A DNA stretch of 64,000 nucleotides. It comes from an uncultured Clostridia bacterium (GTDB lineage Bacteria; Bacillota; Clostridia; TANB77; CAG-508). The translations under genes were made by a program, and so were the position numbers. The notes beneath the pieces were generated by a model. That model ran no database searches, was not told the DNA's origin, and worked only from the letters and a program-made list of their open reading frames with translations. Shown in pieces: positions 1 to 8,932 of this stretch. The first letter of the stretch is position 1. The number at the start of each line of letters is the position of its first letter. The DNA lies in NCBI GenBank assembly GCA_944386725.1, contig CALXCE010000005.1, positions 10,331-74,330 of the forward strand. Reading direction: 5' to 3'.

Positions 1-12
1 AGTGAGAGGAAA

Positions 13-1794
13 ATGCAACGATATAGTGATGAAATCATAGATGAAGTAAGGCAAACAAATGATATTGTAGATATCATATCACAATATGTGCATTTAAAAA
101 GAAGTGGCAGAAATTTCTTTGGACTATGTCCCTTCCATAATGAAAAATCACCTTCTTTTTCCGTATCACCAGATAAGCAAATATTTCATTGTTTTGGCTG
201 TGGCGTAGGAGGAAATGTATTTACCTTTTTAACGAAAATAGAAGGAATCAACTTTATAGAAGCAGTTCAAACTTTAGCGGAGAGGTCCAATATACAATTA
301 CCAACTTTAGAAAATGGTGGAGATTCAAGAAAGGAATTACTAAAATCTAAAGTCTATAAAGTAAATGAATTTACAGCAAATTACTATCATAAAAATCTCT
401 ATCAACCAGAGTCAAAAATTGCGCAAGAATATATCAAGAAAAGAAAATTAACCAATGAAACTTTAAAATCATTCCGAATTGGATTTTCAGGAAAATTTGA
501 TGAACTATATCAAGAATTAAAAAAACAAGGATTTGAAGAACCAGAAATTTTAGAATCAGGATTAGTCAATCGAAACGATAAAGGACAATACATAGATAGA
601 TACAGAAACAGACTCATGTTTCCCATTTGTGATGCAAGAGGAAGAGTGATTGCTTTTGGAGGAAGAGTATTAGACGATTCAAAACCAAAATACATTAACT
701 CGCCTGAAAATATTGTCTATAGTAAAGGAAGAAATCTATTTGGATTGAATGTTGCAAAAAAGGGAGATATCAAGCAAATCCTAATTGTTGAGGGATATAT
801 GGATGTAATATCACTTCATCAAAGAGGAATTACCAATGTAGTAGCACCATTAGGAACTGCACTAACACAGCAACAAGGATGGTTGCTTCGAAAAAATTCA
901 GAAAAAATCATACTAAGTTTTGATTCAGATGAAGCAGGACTTAATGCTAAAATAAGAGCATTAGATATTTTGCAAGATATGGGATGTGACATTAGGATAT
1001 TGCAAATGGAAGGAGCCAAAGACCCAGACGAATATATTATCAAATATGGAAATGCAAGATTTAAAAATTTAATAGAAAAAGCACTTTCTGTGATTGAGTT
1101 TAAAGTAAAAGTATTAAAACAAAATTTGAACTTAGAAATAGTCAATGATAAAATCAAATTCTTGAATGAAATTGCAAAATTAATAGCTAAGGTAGACAAT
1201 ACCATAGAAAGAGAAATATACATCGAAAAAATCGCAAAAGAATATGATGTATCAAAAGAAGCTATCTATGCCGAAGTAAACAAATTAGTATATAACCGTG
1301 TAAAAAGTGAAAAAATTTTAGAAAAAGCAAAACCTGTAGTAAGTTATAAAAAATCAGCAGAAAGTAAAATTTCACAAACGGTCAAAAGACGAGAAAATAC
1401 AGTACTATCTATCTTATTAACAGGAGATATCAATATTTTTGGAGTTATTCAGCAAAATATTCAGATAGAAGATTTTAAGGATACTATTAATCAAAAAATT
1501 GCCAAAAAATTGTATGAAGAATTTAAAAAAGGAAATAGTAATATCAATGGCATAATTGATATGCTAGGAGAAGAAGAGCAAAATCATATTACAGAGATTA
1601 TGGCAGATGATTATGGAATAGATGATGTGGAAAAAGCAATTGATGACATTATGCAAAGCTATGAAAAAGACAAGCTAAATAATCGTAAACTTGAAATACT
1701 AGAATTATTAGAAGGGAATTTAGAGGCTAATCAGAAAAAAGAATTGGAAAAAGAATTAAGTGATGTTATTATTAGATTAGCTAAAATTAAGTAG
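13..1794 (+). CDS. dnaG: DNA primase DnaG
   Basis: 593-aa ORF. CHC2 zinc finger CPFHNEKSPSFSVSPDKQIFHCFGCG and Toprim-like segment ILIVEGYMDV...SFDSDEAG. GAGAGG RBS before ATG 13. Followed by rpoD, as in the Firmicute dnaG-sigA operon. Confidence 0.95.
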   Translation: MQRYSDEIIDEVRQTNDIVDIISQYVHLKRSGRNFFGLCPFHNEKSPSFSVSPDKQIFHCFGCGVGGNVFTFLTKIEGINFIEAVQTLAERSNIQLPTLENGGDSRKELLKSKVYKVNEFTANYYHKNLYQPESKIAQEYIKKRKLTNETLKSFRIGFSGKFDELYQELKKQGFEEPEILESGLVNRNDKGQYIDRYRNRLMFPICDARGRVIAFGGRVLDDSKPKYINSPENIVYSKGRNLFGLNVAKKGDIKQILIVEGYMDVISLHQRGITNVVAPLGTALTQQQGWLLRKNSEKIILSFDSDEAGLNAKIRALDILQDMGCDIRILQMEGAKDPDEYIIKYGNARFKNLIEKALSVIEFKVKVLKQNLNLEIVNDKIKFLNEIAKLIAKVDNTIEREIYIEKIAKEYDVSKEAIYAEVNKLVYNRVKSEKILEKAKPVVSYKKSAESKISQTVKRRENTVLSILLTGDINIFGVIQQNIQIEDFKDTINQKIAKKLYEEFKKGNSNINGIIDMLGEEEQNHITEIMADDYGIDDVEKAIDDIMQSYEKDKLNNRKLEILELLEGNLEANQKKELEKELSDVIIRLAKIK

Positions 1795-1800
1795 GGGAAG

Positions 1801-1921
1801 TTTGAAAAATAATTGCCATTTGGCGTTGTTGCACTTCATTTTCAATTTAATCAACGTACCTTAAGTACGCCTCATAAATTGAAAACTCGTGCGCCTAGCC
1901 AAATAACAATTCTTTTCCAAA
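1801..1921. repeat. Nested 121-nt hairpin element (family D, copy 1) in the dnaG-rpoD spacer
   Basis: Outer stem TTTGAAAAATAATT (1801-1814) pairs with AATTCTTTTCCAAA (1908-1921). Inner stems are ttttcaattta/taaattgaaaa and cgtac/gtacg. The same outer stem recurs at 5772-5820 and 55844-55874. Confidence 0.75.
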
Positions 1922-1956
1922 CTGGTTTGAGAGATTTAGAAAGGAAGGATTCAATA

Positions 1957-3318
1957 ATGGCAAAGAAAAAAGAAGAGGCAGAAAAAGTGGAAGGAATGAA
2001 AGAGCCAAATAAAGAGTCAGTAGAAGAGAAAAAGAAAATACTAAAAAATGAGGAAGAAAAAACAAAAACAGTAAAGGAGAATATTACAAAAAAAGAAGAA
2101 ACGAAAAAAAAGAGAAAGAAAGAAAAAATAGAAGTGGTAAGAAAAATAGCAAAACAAAAGTTAGAGGATAAAAAAGAAGTAAACAAAAAAAATAGAGATG
2201 AACAAACAGAAAAAGCAATAGAAGATGGAGTAAATAATAAATTAAAAGAAGAGAAAGTAAATAATATTCTAAAAAAGGCAAAAGAAAAAGGTCAAATTAC
2301 TTACGGGGATTTAGCAACTGAATTAGATGATGTAAATCCAGAACAAATTGATCAGGTTTTTGATGCTTTTGAAGAATTGGGAGTTGATTTATTATCCGAT
2401 GATTTAGACGAAGAGCCAGACATTGAAGATTTAAAAGAAGTAGAAGAATTAAAATTGGATGATATAAACGATACCAACTATGAAGGAATTAATGTTGATG
2501 ATCCTGTTAGAATGTATTTAAGAGAAATTGGAAGAATACCTCTTTTAACCTTTGAACAAGAATTAGACTTAGCAAAGAAAGTCTTAGATGGTGATGAAGA
2601 AGCAAAACAACAATTAGCAGAATCAAATTTGAGATTAGTAGTAAGTATTGCAAAAAAATATGTAGGTAGAGGAATGTTATTTTTAGACTTAATCCAAGAA
2701 GGGAATATGGGATTAATCAAAGCAGTTGAAAAGTTTGATTATACAAAAGGATTTAAATTTAGCACATATGCAACTTGGTGGATTAGACAAGCTATTACAA
2801 GAGCTATTGCTGACCAAGCAAGAACGATAAGAATTCCTGTACACATGGTAGAAACAATAAACAAATTAATTAGAACTTCAAGGCATCTGTTACAGCAATT
2901 AGGCAGAGAGCCAACCCCAGATGAGATAGCAGTAGAAATGGAAATACCTGTTGAAAAAGTAATGGAAATTCAGAAAATAGCACAAGATCCAGTATCCCTA
3001 GAAACTCCAATCGGAGAAGAAGATGATAGTCATTTAGGAGATTTTATACAAGATGATGATAGTCCAGCACCACATGATTCAGCAGCTTACACCTTATTAA
3101 AAGAACAATTAGAGGATGTTATGAATACTTTAACACCTAGAGAGGCAAAAGTGTTAAAGTTAAGGTTTGGTCTAGAAGATGGAAAGGCTAGAACCCTAGA
3201 AGAAGTAGGTCGTGAGTTTGAAGTAACACGTGAGAGAATTAGACAAATTGAAGCAAAGGCTCTAAGAAAGTTAAGACATCCAAGTAGGAGTAAGAAGTTG
3301 CGTGACTACATGGGCTAA
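1957..3318 (+). CDS. rpoD: RNA polymerase primary sigma factor (sigma-70/SigA)
   Basis: Conserved regions 2-4 ([73 protein letters not shown]...[15 protein letters not shown]...[30 protein letters not shown]). Start moved to ATG 1957 (AGGAAGGA RBS); the upstream part of the tracked ORF runs through the hairpin repeat. Confidence 0.95.
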   Translation: MAKKKEEAEKVEGMKEPNKESVEEKKKILKNEEEKTKTVKENITKKEETKKKRKKEKIEVVRKIAKQKLEDKKEVNKKNRDEQTEKAIEDGVNNKLKEEKVNNILKKAKEKGQITYGDLATELDDVNPEQIDQVFDAFEELGVDLLSDDLDEEPDIEDLKEVEELKLDDINDTNYEGINVDDPVRMYLREIGRIPLLTFEQELDLAKKVLDGDEEAKQQLAESNLRLVVSIAKKYVGRGMLFLDLIQEGNMGLIKAVEKFDYTKGFKFSTYATWWIRQAITRAIADQARTIRIPVHMVETINKLIRTSRHLLQQLGREPTPDEIAVEMEIPVEKVMEIQKIAQDPVSLETPIGEEDDSHLGDFIQDDDSPAPHDSAAYTLLKEQLEDVMNTLTPREAKVLKLRFGLEDGKARTLEEVGREFEVTRERIRQIEAKALRKLRHPSRSKKLRDYMG

Positions 3319-4395
3319 ATGGAGGAGAAGATGGAACAAATTACTAGTTTAATAGAAAATATAACAACAGCACAAGTAGTTGATATATTAATTGCAGTTG
3401 GAATTATTCTATTTTTTAGAATTTTTAGTAGTGGCTTTTCATATATCATTATTAGAATGTTTAAAATAAGAGAAAAAAAACAAAAAAGAATAAAAGAAAG
3501 TGCTTTTTATAGTCCATTAAAAATATTTTTTATTATATTAGGATTTTACTTAGCTGTTGTATTTTTAAAAAAACCATTGAATATAACAGAAGAAATAATG
3601 GATGTTGCTTATAAAGCATTTATCATAATTAGTACGATTGCTTTTGCAAAAGGATTAGCAGCAAGTTTTACACCGAAATCTTCTTTATATAAAAGGTTAA
3701 AGGAAAAGACAAGTAAAAATGTAGAAGACTCTATGTTTGACTTTATTTTAAAAATTATTCGAGGAATCATCTATATCATTGCAGGTTTTATTGTGATAAC
3801 AGCATTAGGCATTAACTTAAATGGTTTAGTGGCAGGGTTAGGAATAGGAGGTATTATCGTTACTCTTGCTGCTCAAGATACGGCAAAGAATTTGTTTGCT
3901 GGATTAGTGGTCTTTTTAGACAAACCTTTTGCAGTAGGAGATTGGATTCAATTGGATACATTTGAAGGAACAGTAGAGGATATAACATTTAGAAGTACAA
4001 GAGTAAGAACTTTTGAAAATGCCTTACTGAATGTACCAAATTCTATGATAGCCAATGCCTCTATCATCAATTGGAGTAAAATGGAAAAAAGAAGATATCA
4101 AACTAATTTGTGTATTCAATTAGATACACCATTAGAAAAACTAGAAAAATTCAAAACTAGAGTACAAGATATGTTGCAAGCAAGAGATGCTATCTATGAT
4201 GATTCTATTATTGTTAAGTTCGATAATATTACAAATAATGGACTAAATGTGCTGATTTGTAGTTATACAAATTCGGTCGATTATACAAGCTATATAGCAG
4301 AAAAAGAAAATATCAATTGTAAAATTATGAAGATTTTAAGAGAAGAAAATATAGAGCTTGCTTATGATAGCAAAACAGTTTATGTGAAAAAATAA
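3319..4395 (+). CDS. MscS-family mechanosensitive ion channel
   Basis: 358 aa with N-terminal TM helices and an MscS core signature GIGGIIVTLAAQDTAKNLFAGLVVFLDKPFAVGDWIQL. Confidence 0.85.
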   Translation: MEEKMEQITSLIENITTAQVVDILIAVGIILFFRIFSSGFSYIIIRMFKIREKKQKRIKESAFYSPLKIFFIILGFYLAVVFLKKPLNITEEIMDVAYKAFIIISTIAFAKGLAASFTPKSSLYKRLKEKTSKNVEDSMFDFILKIIRGIIYIIAGFIVITALGINLNGLVAGLGIGGIIVTLAAQDTAKNLFAGLVVFLDKPFAVGDWIQLDTFEGTVEDITFRSTRVRTFENALLNVPNSMIANASIINWSKMEKRRYQTNLCIQLDTPLEKLEKFKTRVQDMLQARDAIYDDSIIVKFDNITNNGLNVLICSYTNSVDYTSYIAEKENINCKIMKILREENIELAYDSKTVYVKK

Positions 4396-4410
4396 TAAAA
4401 AGCAAAGTAA

Positions 4411-4439
4411 AAATCCCTCAGCCGAGCTGAGGGATTTTT
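4411..4439. terminator. Bidirectional intrinsic terminator hairpin
   Basis: AAATCCCTCAGC-cga-GCTGAGGGATTT followed by a T-run, between convergent genes. Confidence 0.7.
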
Positions 4440-4457
4440 AGGAAAGACGATTTTAAT

Positions 4458-5552
4458 TTAATCGTCGATTGAGATATCATTTACACCAAATAAAGATTTA
4501 AGAAAAGTTTTGCTAAAAAATTTTGAACAGTTAATTCTTAAATTATTACATCCATCAAAAGTACTATCACCAATCTTGGTCACACTATCAGGAATAGTGA
4601 TGCTTTTTAAAGATGTGCAACCAATAAAAGCACGATTACCAATCTTGGTTACACTATCCGGGATAGTGATGCTTTCTAAAGATGTGCAGCCAGCAAAAGC
4701 ATACTGATCAATCTCGGTTACACTATTAGGGATAGTAATGCTTTCCAAAGACGTACAATCACCAAAAGTACAATTACCAATTTTGGTTATACTATCCGGG
4801 ATAGTGATGCTTTCCAAAGATGTGCAACCAGCAAAAGCATACTGATCAATCTCGGTTACACTATCAGAGATAGTGATGCTTTCCAAAAATGTGCAATCAC
4901 CAAAAGCATAATTACCAATTTTGGTTACACTATTAGGGATGGTAATGTTTTTTAAAGATGTGCATTCTTTAAAAGCATAAGCATCAATTTCGGTTACACT
5001 ATCCGGGATAGTGATGCTTTCTAAAGATGTGCAACCACTAAAAGCACTATCACCAATCTTAGTTACACTATCAGGAATAGTGATGTTTTTTAAAGATATG
5101 CATTCTTTAAAAGCATAAGCATCAATTTCGGTTACACTATCAGGGATAGTAATGTTTTCCAAAAATATGCAACCACTAAAAGTACAATTACCAATCTTAG
5201 TTACACTATCAGGGATGGTAATGTTTTTTAAAGATGTACAACCACTAAAAGCACAATTACCAATCTTGATTACACTATTAGGGATAGTGATGTTTTCCAA
5301 AGACGTGCAACCACTAAAAGCACAATAACCAATCTCGGTTACACTATTTGGAATAGTGATGTTCTTTAAAGATGTGCATGCAGTGAAGGCACTATAACCA
5401 ATCTTGGTCACACTATTAGGAATAGTGATGCTTTTTAAATTTTGGAATTTATAAAAAGCATGCTTTTCAATGTGAGTAATCCCATTTGGTAAGCTTACAT
5501 CATTTTTTCTCCGATATTTTTTGGTTCGTTTTTGTGTTAAAGTTGTGTTCAT
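4458..5552 (-). CDS. BspA-type leucine-rich-repeat protein (tandem 23-aa repeats)
   Basis: 364 aa built from about 13 copies of ITIP(N/D)SVT(K/E)IGxxAFxGCTSL(K/E)N. No N-terminal hydrophobic signal. Codon 14 is an in-frame CGG (see findings), so expression as annotated is uncertain. Confidence 0.65.
   Translation of the reverse strand: MNTTLTQKRTKKYRRKNDVSLPNGITHIEKHAFYKFQNLKSITIPNSVTKIGYSAFTACTSLKNITIPNSVTEIGYCAFSGCTSLENITIPNSVIKIGNCAFSGCTSLKNITIPDSVTKIGNCTFSGCIFLENITIPDSVTEIDAYAFKECISLKNITIPDSVTKIGDSAFSGCTSLESITIPDSVTEIDAYAFKECTSLKNITIPNSVTKIGNYAFGDCTFLESITISDSVTEIDQYAFAGCTSLESITIPDSITKIGNCTFGDCTSLESITIPNSVTEIDQYAFAGCTSLESITIPDSVTKIGNRAFIGCTSLKSITIPDSVTKIGDSTFDGCNNLRINCSKFFSKTFLKSLFGVNDISIDD
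4560..5440. repeat. 69-bp tandem coding repeats of the LRR gene
   Basis: Near-identical 69-nt units are visible directly in the DNA (e.g. ...accaatcttggt(t/c)acactat(c/t)(a/c)gg(a/g)atagtgatg...). This is a coding periodicity, not a CRISPR array (no unique spacers). Confidence 0.8.
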
Positions 5553-5771
5553 ATTGAAAAACCTCCTAAAAATTTTTTAGATAATTGTTATTATATAAGA
5601 TATCTCAATCGTTTGATAGATTCTTACTTAAATTAATCTATTCTTCAACAATTATCTTACCAATATTATAACATAATCAACATAATTGTGCAAAAATTTT
5701 TCTATTTTTGTTCACGATATAGACATAATTACTAGTTATAATATATAATATAAAAAATACAGTAGTAAAGA

Positions 5772-5820
5772 TTGAAAAATAATTGGCATTTGCTTAGCTA
5801 AATATCCAATTCTTTTCCAA
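5772..5820. repeat. Family D hairpin element, copy 2 (5' UTR of the response regulator)
   Basis: TTGAAAAATAATT...AATTCTTTTCCAA with a 22-nt loop. The loop is homologous to the stem-proximal part of copy 1 (aattGGCATTTGC/aattGCCATTTGG). Confidence 0.7.
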
Positions 5821-5859
5821 TCAGATTTGTGCCTTAAGAAAGGAATGGAGTGATAAAAA

Positions 5860-6534
5860 ATGGATAATTGTATTTTAGTAGTAGATGATGAAGAAAGAAT
5901 GAGAAAACTGATTAAAGACTTTTTAAAAGCAAAAGGATATAGTATTATAGAGGCAGAAGATGGAGAAAAAGCTTTAGAAGTATTTGAAGGAAACAAAAAC
6001 AAAATTACACTTATCTTATTAGATGTAATGATGCCAAAATTGGATGGATGGTCTGTACTTCGTCAAATTAGGCAAGAATCTAAAATACCTATTATAATGC
6101 TTACAGCAAGAGGAGAAGAACAAGATGAATTATTCGGATTTGAATTAGGTGTGGATGAATATATTTCAAAGCCATTTAGCCCTAAAATATTAGTGGCAAG
6201 AGTAGAAGCAATTTTAAAGAGAACTACCAAAAATACAACAGAAGTAAAAGACTATGCTGGTATCGAAATTGATAAAGAAGGAAGAACGGTAAAAGTAGAC
6301 GGAAAAGCCATTGAGCTTAGCTTGCGAGAATATGAGCTTTTAATTTATTTAATCGAAAATGAAAATATAGCTTTATCAAGAGATAAGATTTTAAATAATG
6401 TATGGAATTATGATTATTATGGGGATTCTAGAACGATTGATAGTCATATAAAAAAAATAAGGCACAAATTGGGGAAAAAGGGTAAATATATCAAAACCAT
6501 GAGAGGTGTTGGTTATAAGTTTGAAGTCAAATAA
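5860..6534 (+). CDS. OmpR-family response regulator
   Basis: Receiver domain (ILVVDDEE...LILLDVMMPKLDGW) plus winged-helix output (LSLREYELLIYL...TIDSHIKKIRHKL...IKTMRGVGYKF). Confidence 0.9.
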   Translation: MDNCILVVDDEERMRKLIKDFLKAKGYSIIEAEDGEKALEVFEGNKNKITLILLDVMMPKLDGWSVLRQIRQESKIPIIMLTARGEEQDELFGFELGVDEYISKPFSPKILVARVEAILKRTTKNTTEVKDYAGIEIDKEGRTVKVDGKAIELSLREYELLIYLIENENIALSRDKILNNVWNYDYYGDSRTIDSHIKKIRHKLGKKGKYIKTMRGVGYKFEVK

Positions 6535-6549
6535 AGAAAGGAAAACAAA

Positions 6550-8049
6550 ATGGAGAAGTTTAAGAATGCATTCAAATCGGTAAGAGTAAAACTTTTTATG
6601 ACTTTATCATTAGTCATTTTATTAATTATTTTATTTCTTATACTAGTAAACAATTTTGTTTTTGGACAGTTTTATATATATAGTAAGACAAAAGCGTTAA
6701 AATCAGTATATGAAGTAGTCAATAATTACTATAATAATTCACAAAATATAGATTTAGAAACACAATTAGAAAAAATGGCTATTAACAACAATTTTGATAT
6801 TTTAATTAGGAACAACCAAAATGTAAATATATATACCTCCAATAAAGACTTTTTGTCTACATTAGGACAGATGGATGAAATGACGAGTAGATTCAATAGC
6901 GATACAGGAGAAGTGTTAGAAAAGGAAGAATATTTTACAATTAAAAAGATGAAAGATAGTAAAACTAGCATTACTTATATTTTATTATCTGCTACTTTAG
7001 ATAATGGGTATTTATTATATATTAGAATACCAATTACTTCTATTCAAGAAAGTGTTAGAATATCTAATAATTTTTTATATTTAATGGCAGGATTTGCTAT
7101 TTTGATTGCTGCTGTTATTGTATCTTATGTATCTAGAAAATTTGGTGACCCTATATCAGAGCTAAATGATATTGCTAAAAATATGGCAAATTTAGATTTT
7201 AGTCATAAATATGAAATTACGGGTGCAGATGATGAAATTAATAATTTGGGAAAAAGTATAAATGCTATGTCTGATAAGTTAGAAAAAACTATTAAGCAAT
7301 TAAGAAATACTAATATAGAACTAGAAAAGGATATTGAAGAAAAATCCCAAATAGATGAAATGAGGAAAAGTTTTATATCAGATGTATCACACGAATTAAA
7401 AACGCCAATTGCTTTAATACAAGGATATAGTGAAGGATTACTCGAAAATGTTAATTCTGATGAAGAAAACAGAAAATTCTATGCAGAAGTTATTTTAGAT
7501 GAGACCAATAAAATGGACAGATTAGTAAAGCAATTATTAGAATTGATGAAATTAGAATATGGCAAAAGAGAATTTCAAGACAAGAAATTTAACATCGTTG
7601 AATTGGAAAAAGAAGTAGTACGAAAATCACAAGTCATGTTAGAAGAAAAACAAGCTGAAATTAAAATAAAAACCTTGGATGAAATCAATGTATTTGCTGA
7701 TGATTTTTACATAGAGCAAGTAATCAGTAATTATTTAACCAATGCCATTAAACATGTAAAGGAGATAAACGCAGAAAAATATATACAAATTGAGAATGTA
7801 GTAGATGTTGAGAAAAATAAAGTAAGAGTAAAAGTATTTAATACAGGAGAAAATATAAAAGAAGAGAATATAGCAAGAATATGGAATCGATTCTATAAAG
7901 TAGATGAGTCTAGAAATAGAGCAGATGGTGGAACAGGAATTGGATTATCTTTTGTAAGAGCTATTATGAGTAACTATGGAAATGTATATGGTGTAAATAA
8001 TAAAGAGAATGGTGTGGAATTTTATTTAGAATTAGATTTAAATATTTGA
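6550..8049 (+). CDS. Sensor histidine kinase (HAMP-HisKA-HATPase)
   Basis: Two TM segments, H-box FISDVSHELKTPI, N/G boxes (NAIKH..., GGTGIGLSFV). Sits 15 nt after the regulator. Confidence 0.9.
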   Translation: MEKFKNAFKSVRVKLFMTLSLVILLIILFLILVNNFVFGQFYIYSKTKALKSVYEVVNNYYNNSQNIDLETQLEKMAINNNFDILIRNNQNVNIYTSNKDFLSTLGQMDEMTSRFNSDTGEVLEKEEYFTIKKMKDSKTSITYILLSATLDNGYLLYIRIPITSIQESVRISNNFLYLMAGFAILIAAVIVSYVSRKFGDPISELNDIAKNMANLDFSHKYEITGADDEINNLGKSINAMSDKLEKTIKQLRNTNIELEKDIEEKSQIDEMRKSFISDVSHELKTPIALIQGYSEGLLENVNSDEENRKFYAEVILDETNKMDRLVKQLLELMKLEYGKREFQDKKFNIVELEKEVVRKSQVMLEEKQAEIKIKTLDEINVFADDFYIEQVISNYLTNAIKHVKEINAEKYIQIENVVDVEKNKVRVKVFNTGENIKEENIARIWNRFYKVDESRNRADGGTGIGLSFVRAIMSNYGNVYGVNNKENGVEFYLELDLNI

Positions 8050-8060
8050 CAGTAATAAAA

Positions 8061-8130
8061 AGTTACAATTCACATCTGTTTATCTAAAAGTCGGACTGGC
8101 TAGACAAGTTTTAAACTGTGAATTGTAACT
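8061..8130. repeat. 14-bp perfect inverted repeat with a 42-nt loop after the kinase gene
   Basis: AGTTACAATTCACA (8061-8074) pairs with TGTGAATTGTAACT (8117-8130). No clear T-run follows. Confidence 0.5.
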
Positions 8131-8386
8131 AGACTAAAACAAATGTCGAATTTTGCGATGAAAAATTCTTTACAAAAGAGAAAAAATGTATTATTATGAT
8201 ATAAGGAAGTTAACTTTAAATCTAAAAATTTAATTCACAAAAATTTTTTCGAAAAAATTATTTCTTAATATTTTCATAAGAAGTATTAATTTTAAAGTAA
8301 TAAAGGAGAGTGATAAGATAGCTATTTTAAGATATAGTACATGGTGTATCAATATTTTAAGTCTAATTATTTCTGTTATTTTATTT

Positions 8387-8914
8387 TTGGTTATAAATAT
8401 ATTTAATTCTCATTTCGATTTTTCATTCCGAAAAACCGTTTTGAAGGCAGGATTTTCCATAAATTCGGATAGTCAAAGTGGGATAGAAAGTGTTAATTTG
8501 ATTCAAGAAGATAATACAAAAAAGGAAAAGGCAAAAGATTGGTATCTTGAAATTCCTGCTGTTGAGTTAAATGCTAGCATTGCAGAAGGAACTACCAAAG
8601 AGGTTATGGATCAATTTATAGGTCATTTTGAACAAAGTAAAAAATGGGTAGGAAATGTTTGTCTAGCAGCTCATAATAGAGGATATGAAAACAATTATTT
8701 TTCAGAGATAAAAACCTTAAAAGAAGGAGATAAAATTATTTACCACTATAAAGACTCTAGTAGAGAATATGTAGTAGAAGAAAATTGTATTATCCAAGAT
8801 ACAGACTTATCATGTTTAGAAGATACGAAAGACAACACTATTACACTAATTACTTGTATAGAAAATGAACCAAATTACAGAAGATGTGTCAAGGCAATTG
8901 AAAATAAAAAATAA
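8387..8914 (+). CDS. Sortase (TLxTC cysteine transpeptidase)
   Basis: Catalytic motifs LAAHN (His), ITLITC (Cys), NYRRC (Arg). The frame is open upstream to about 8318 and there encodes a TM anchor (WCINILSLIISVILFLVINIF) after an AAAGGAGAG RBS, with no ATG/GTG/TTG. The true start is uncertain. Confidence 0.75.
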   Translation: MVINIFNSHFDFSFRKTVLKAGFSINSDSQSGIESVNLIQEDNTKKEKAKDWYLEIPAVELNASIAEGTTKEVMDQFIGHFEQSKKWVGNVCLAAHNRGYENNYFSEIKTLKEGDKIIYHYKDSSREYVVEENCIIQDTDLSCLEDTKDNTITLITCIENEPNYRRCVKAIENKK

Positions 8915-8932
8915 GAAAGGAAGAATGATAAT

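Noticed and set aside
1813-1956. N-terminal extension of rpoD from position 1813.
   Set aside because: It reads through the family D hairpin and has no RBS. ATG 1957 has a good RBS and the expected sigma N-terminus.
510-2720. Antisense ORFs in the track (510-695, 819-1223, 1872-2186, 2084-2281, 2478-2720). The same type occurs opposite most long genes across the window.
   Set aside because: They lie opposite strongly supported conserved genes and have low-complexity, Phe/Leu/Ser-rich translations typical of AT-rich shadow frames. They have no RBS.
4560-5440. Regular DNA repeats that could be mistaken for a CRISPR array.
   Set aside because: The 69-bp period lies inside one long ORF encoding LRR units. 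There are no unique spacers and no cas genes.
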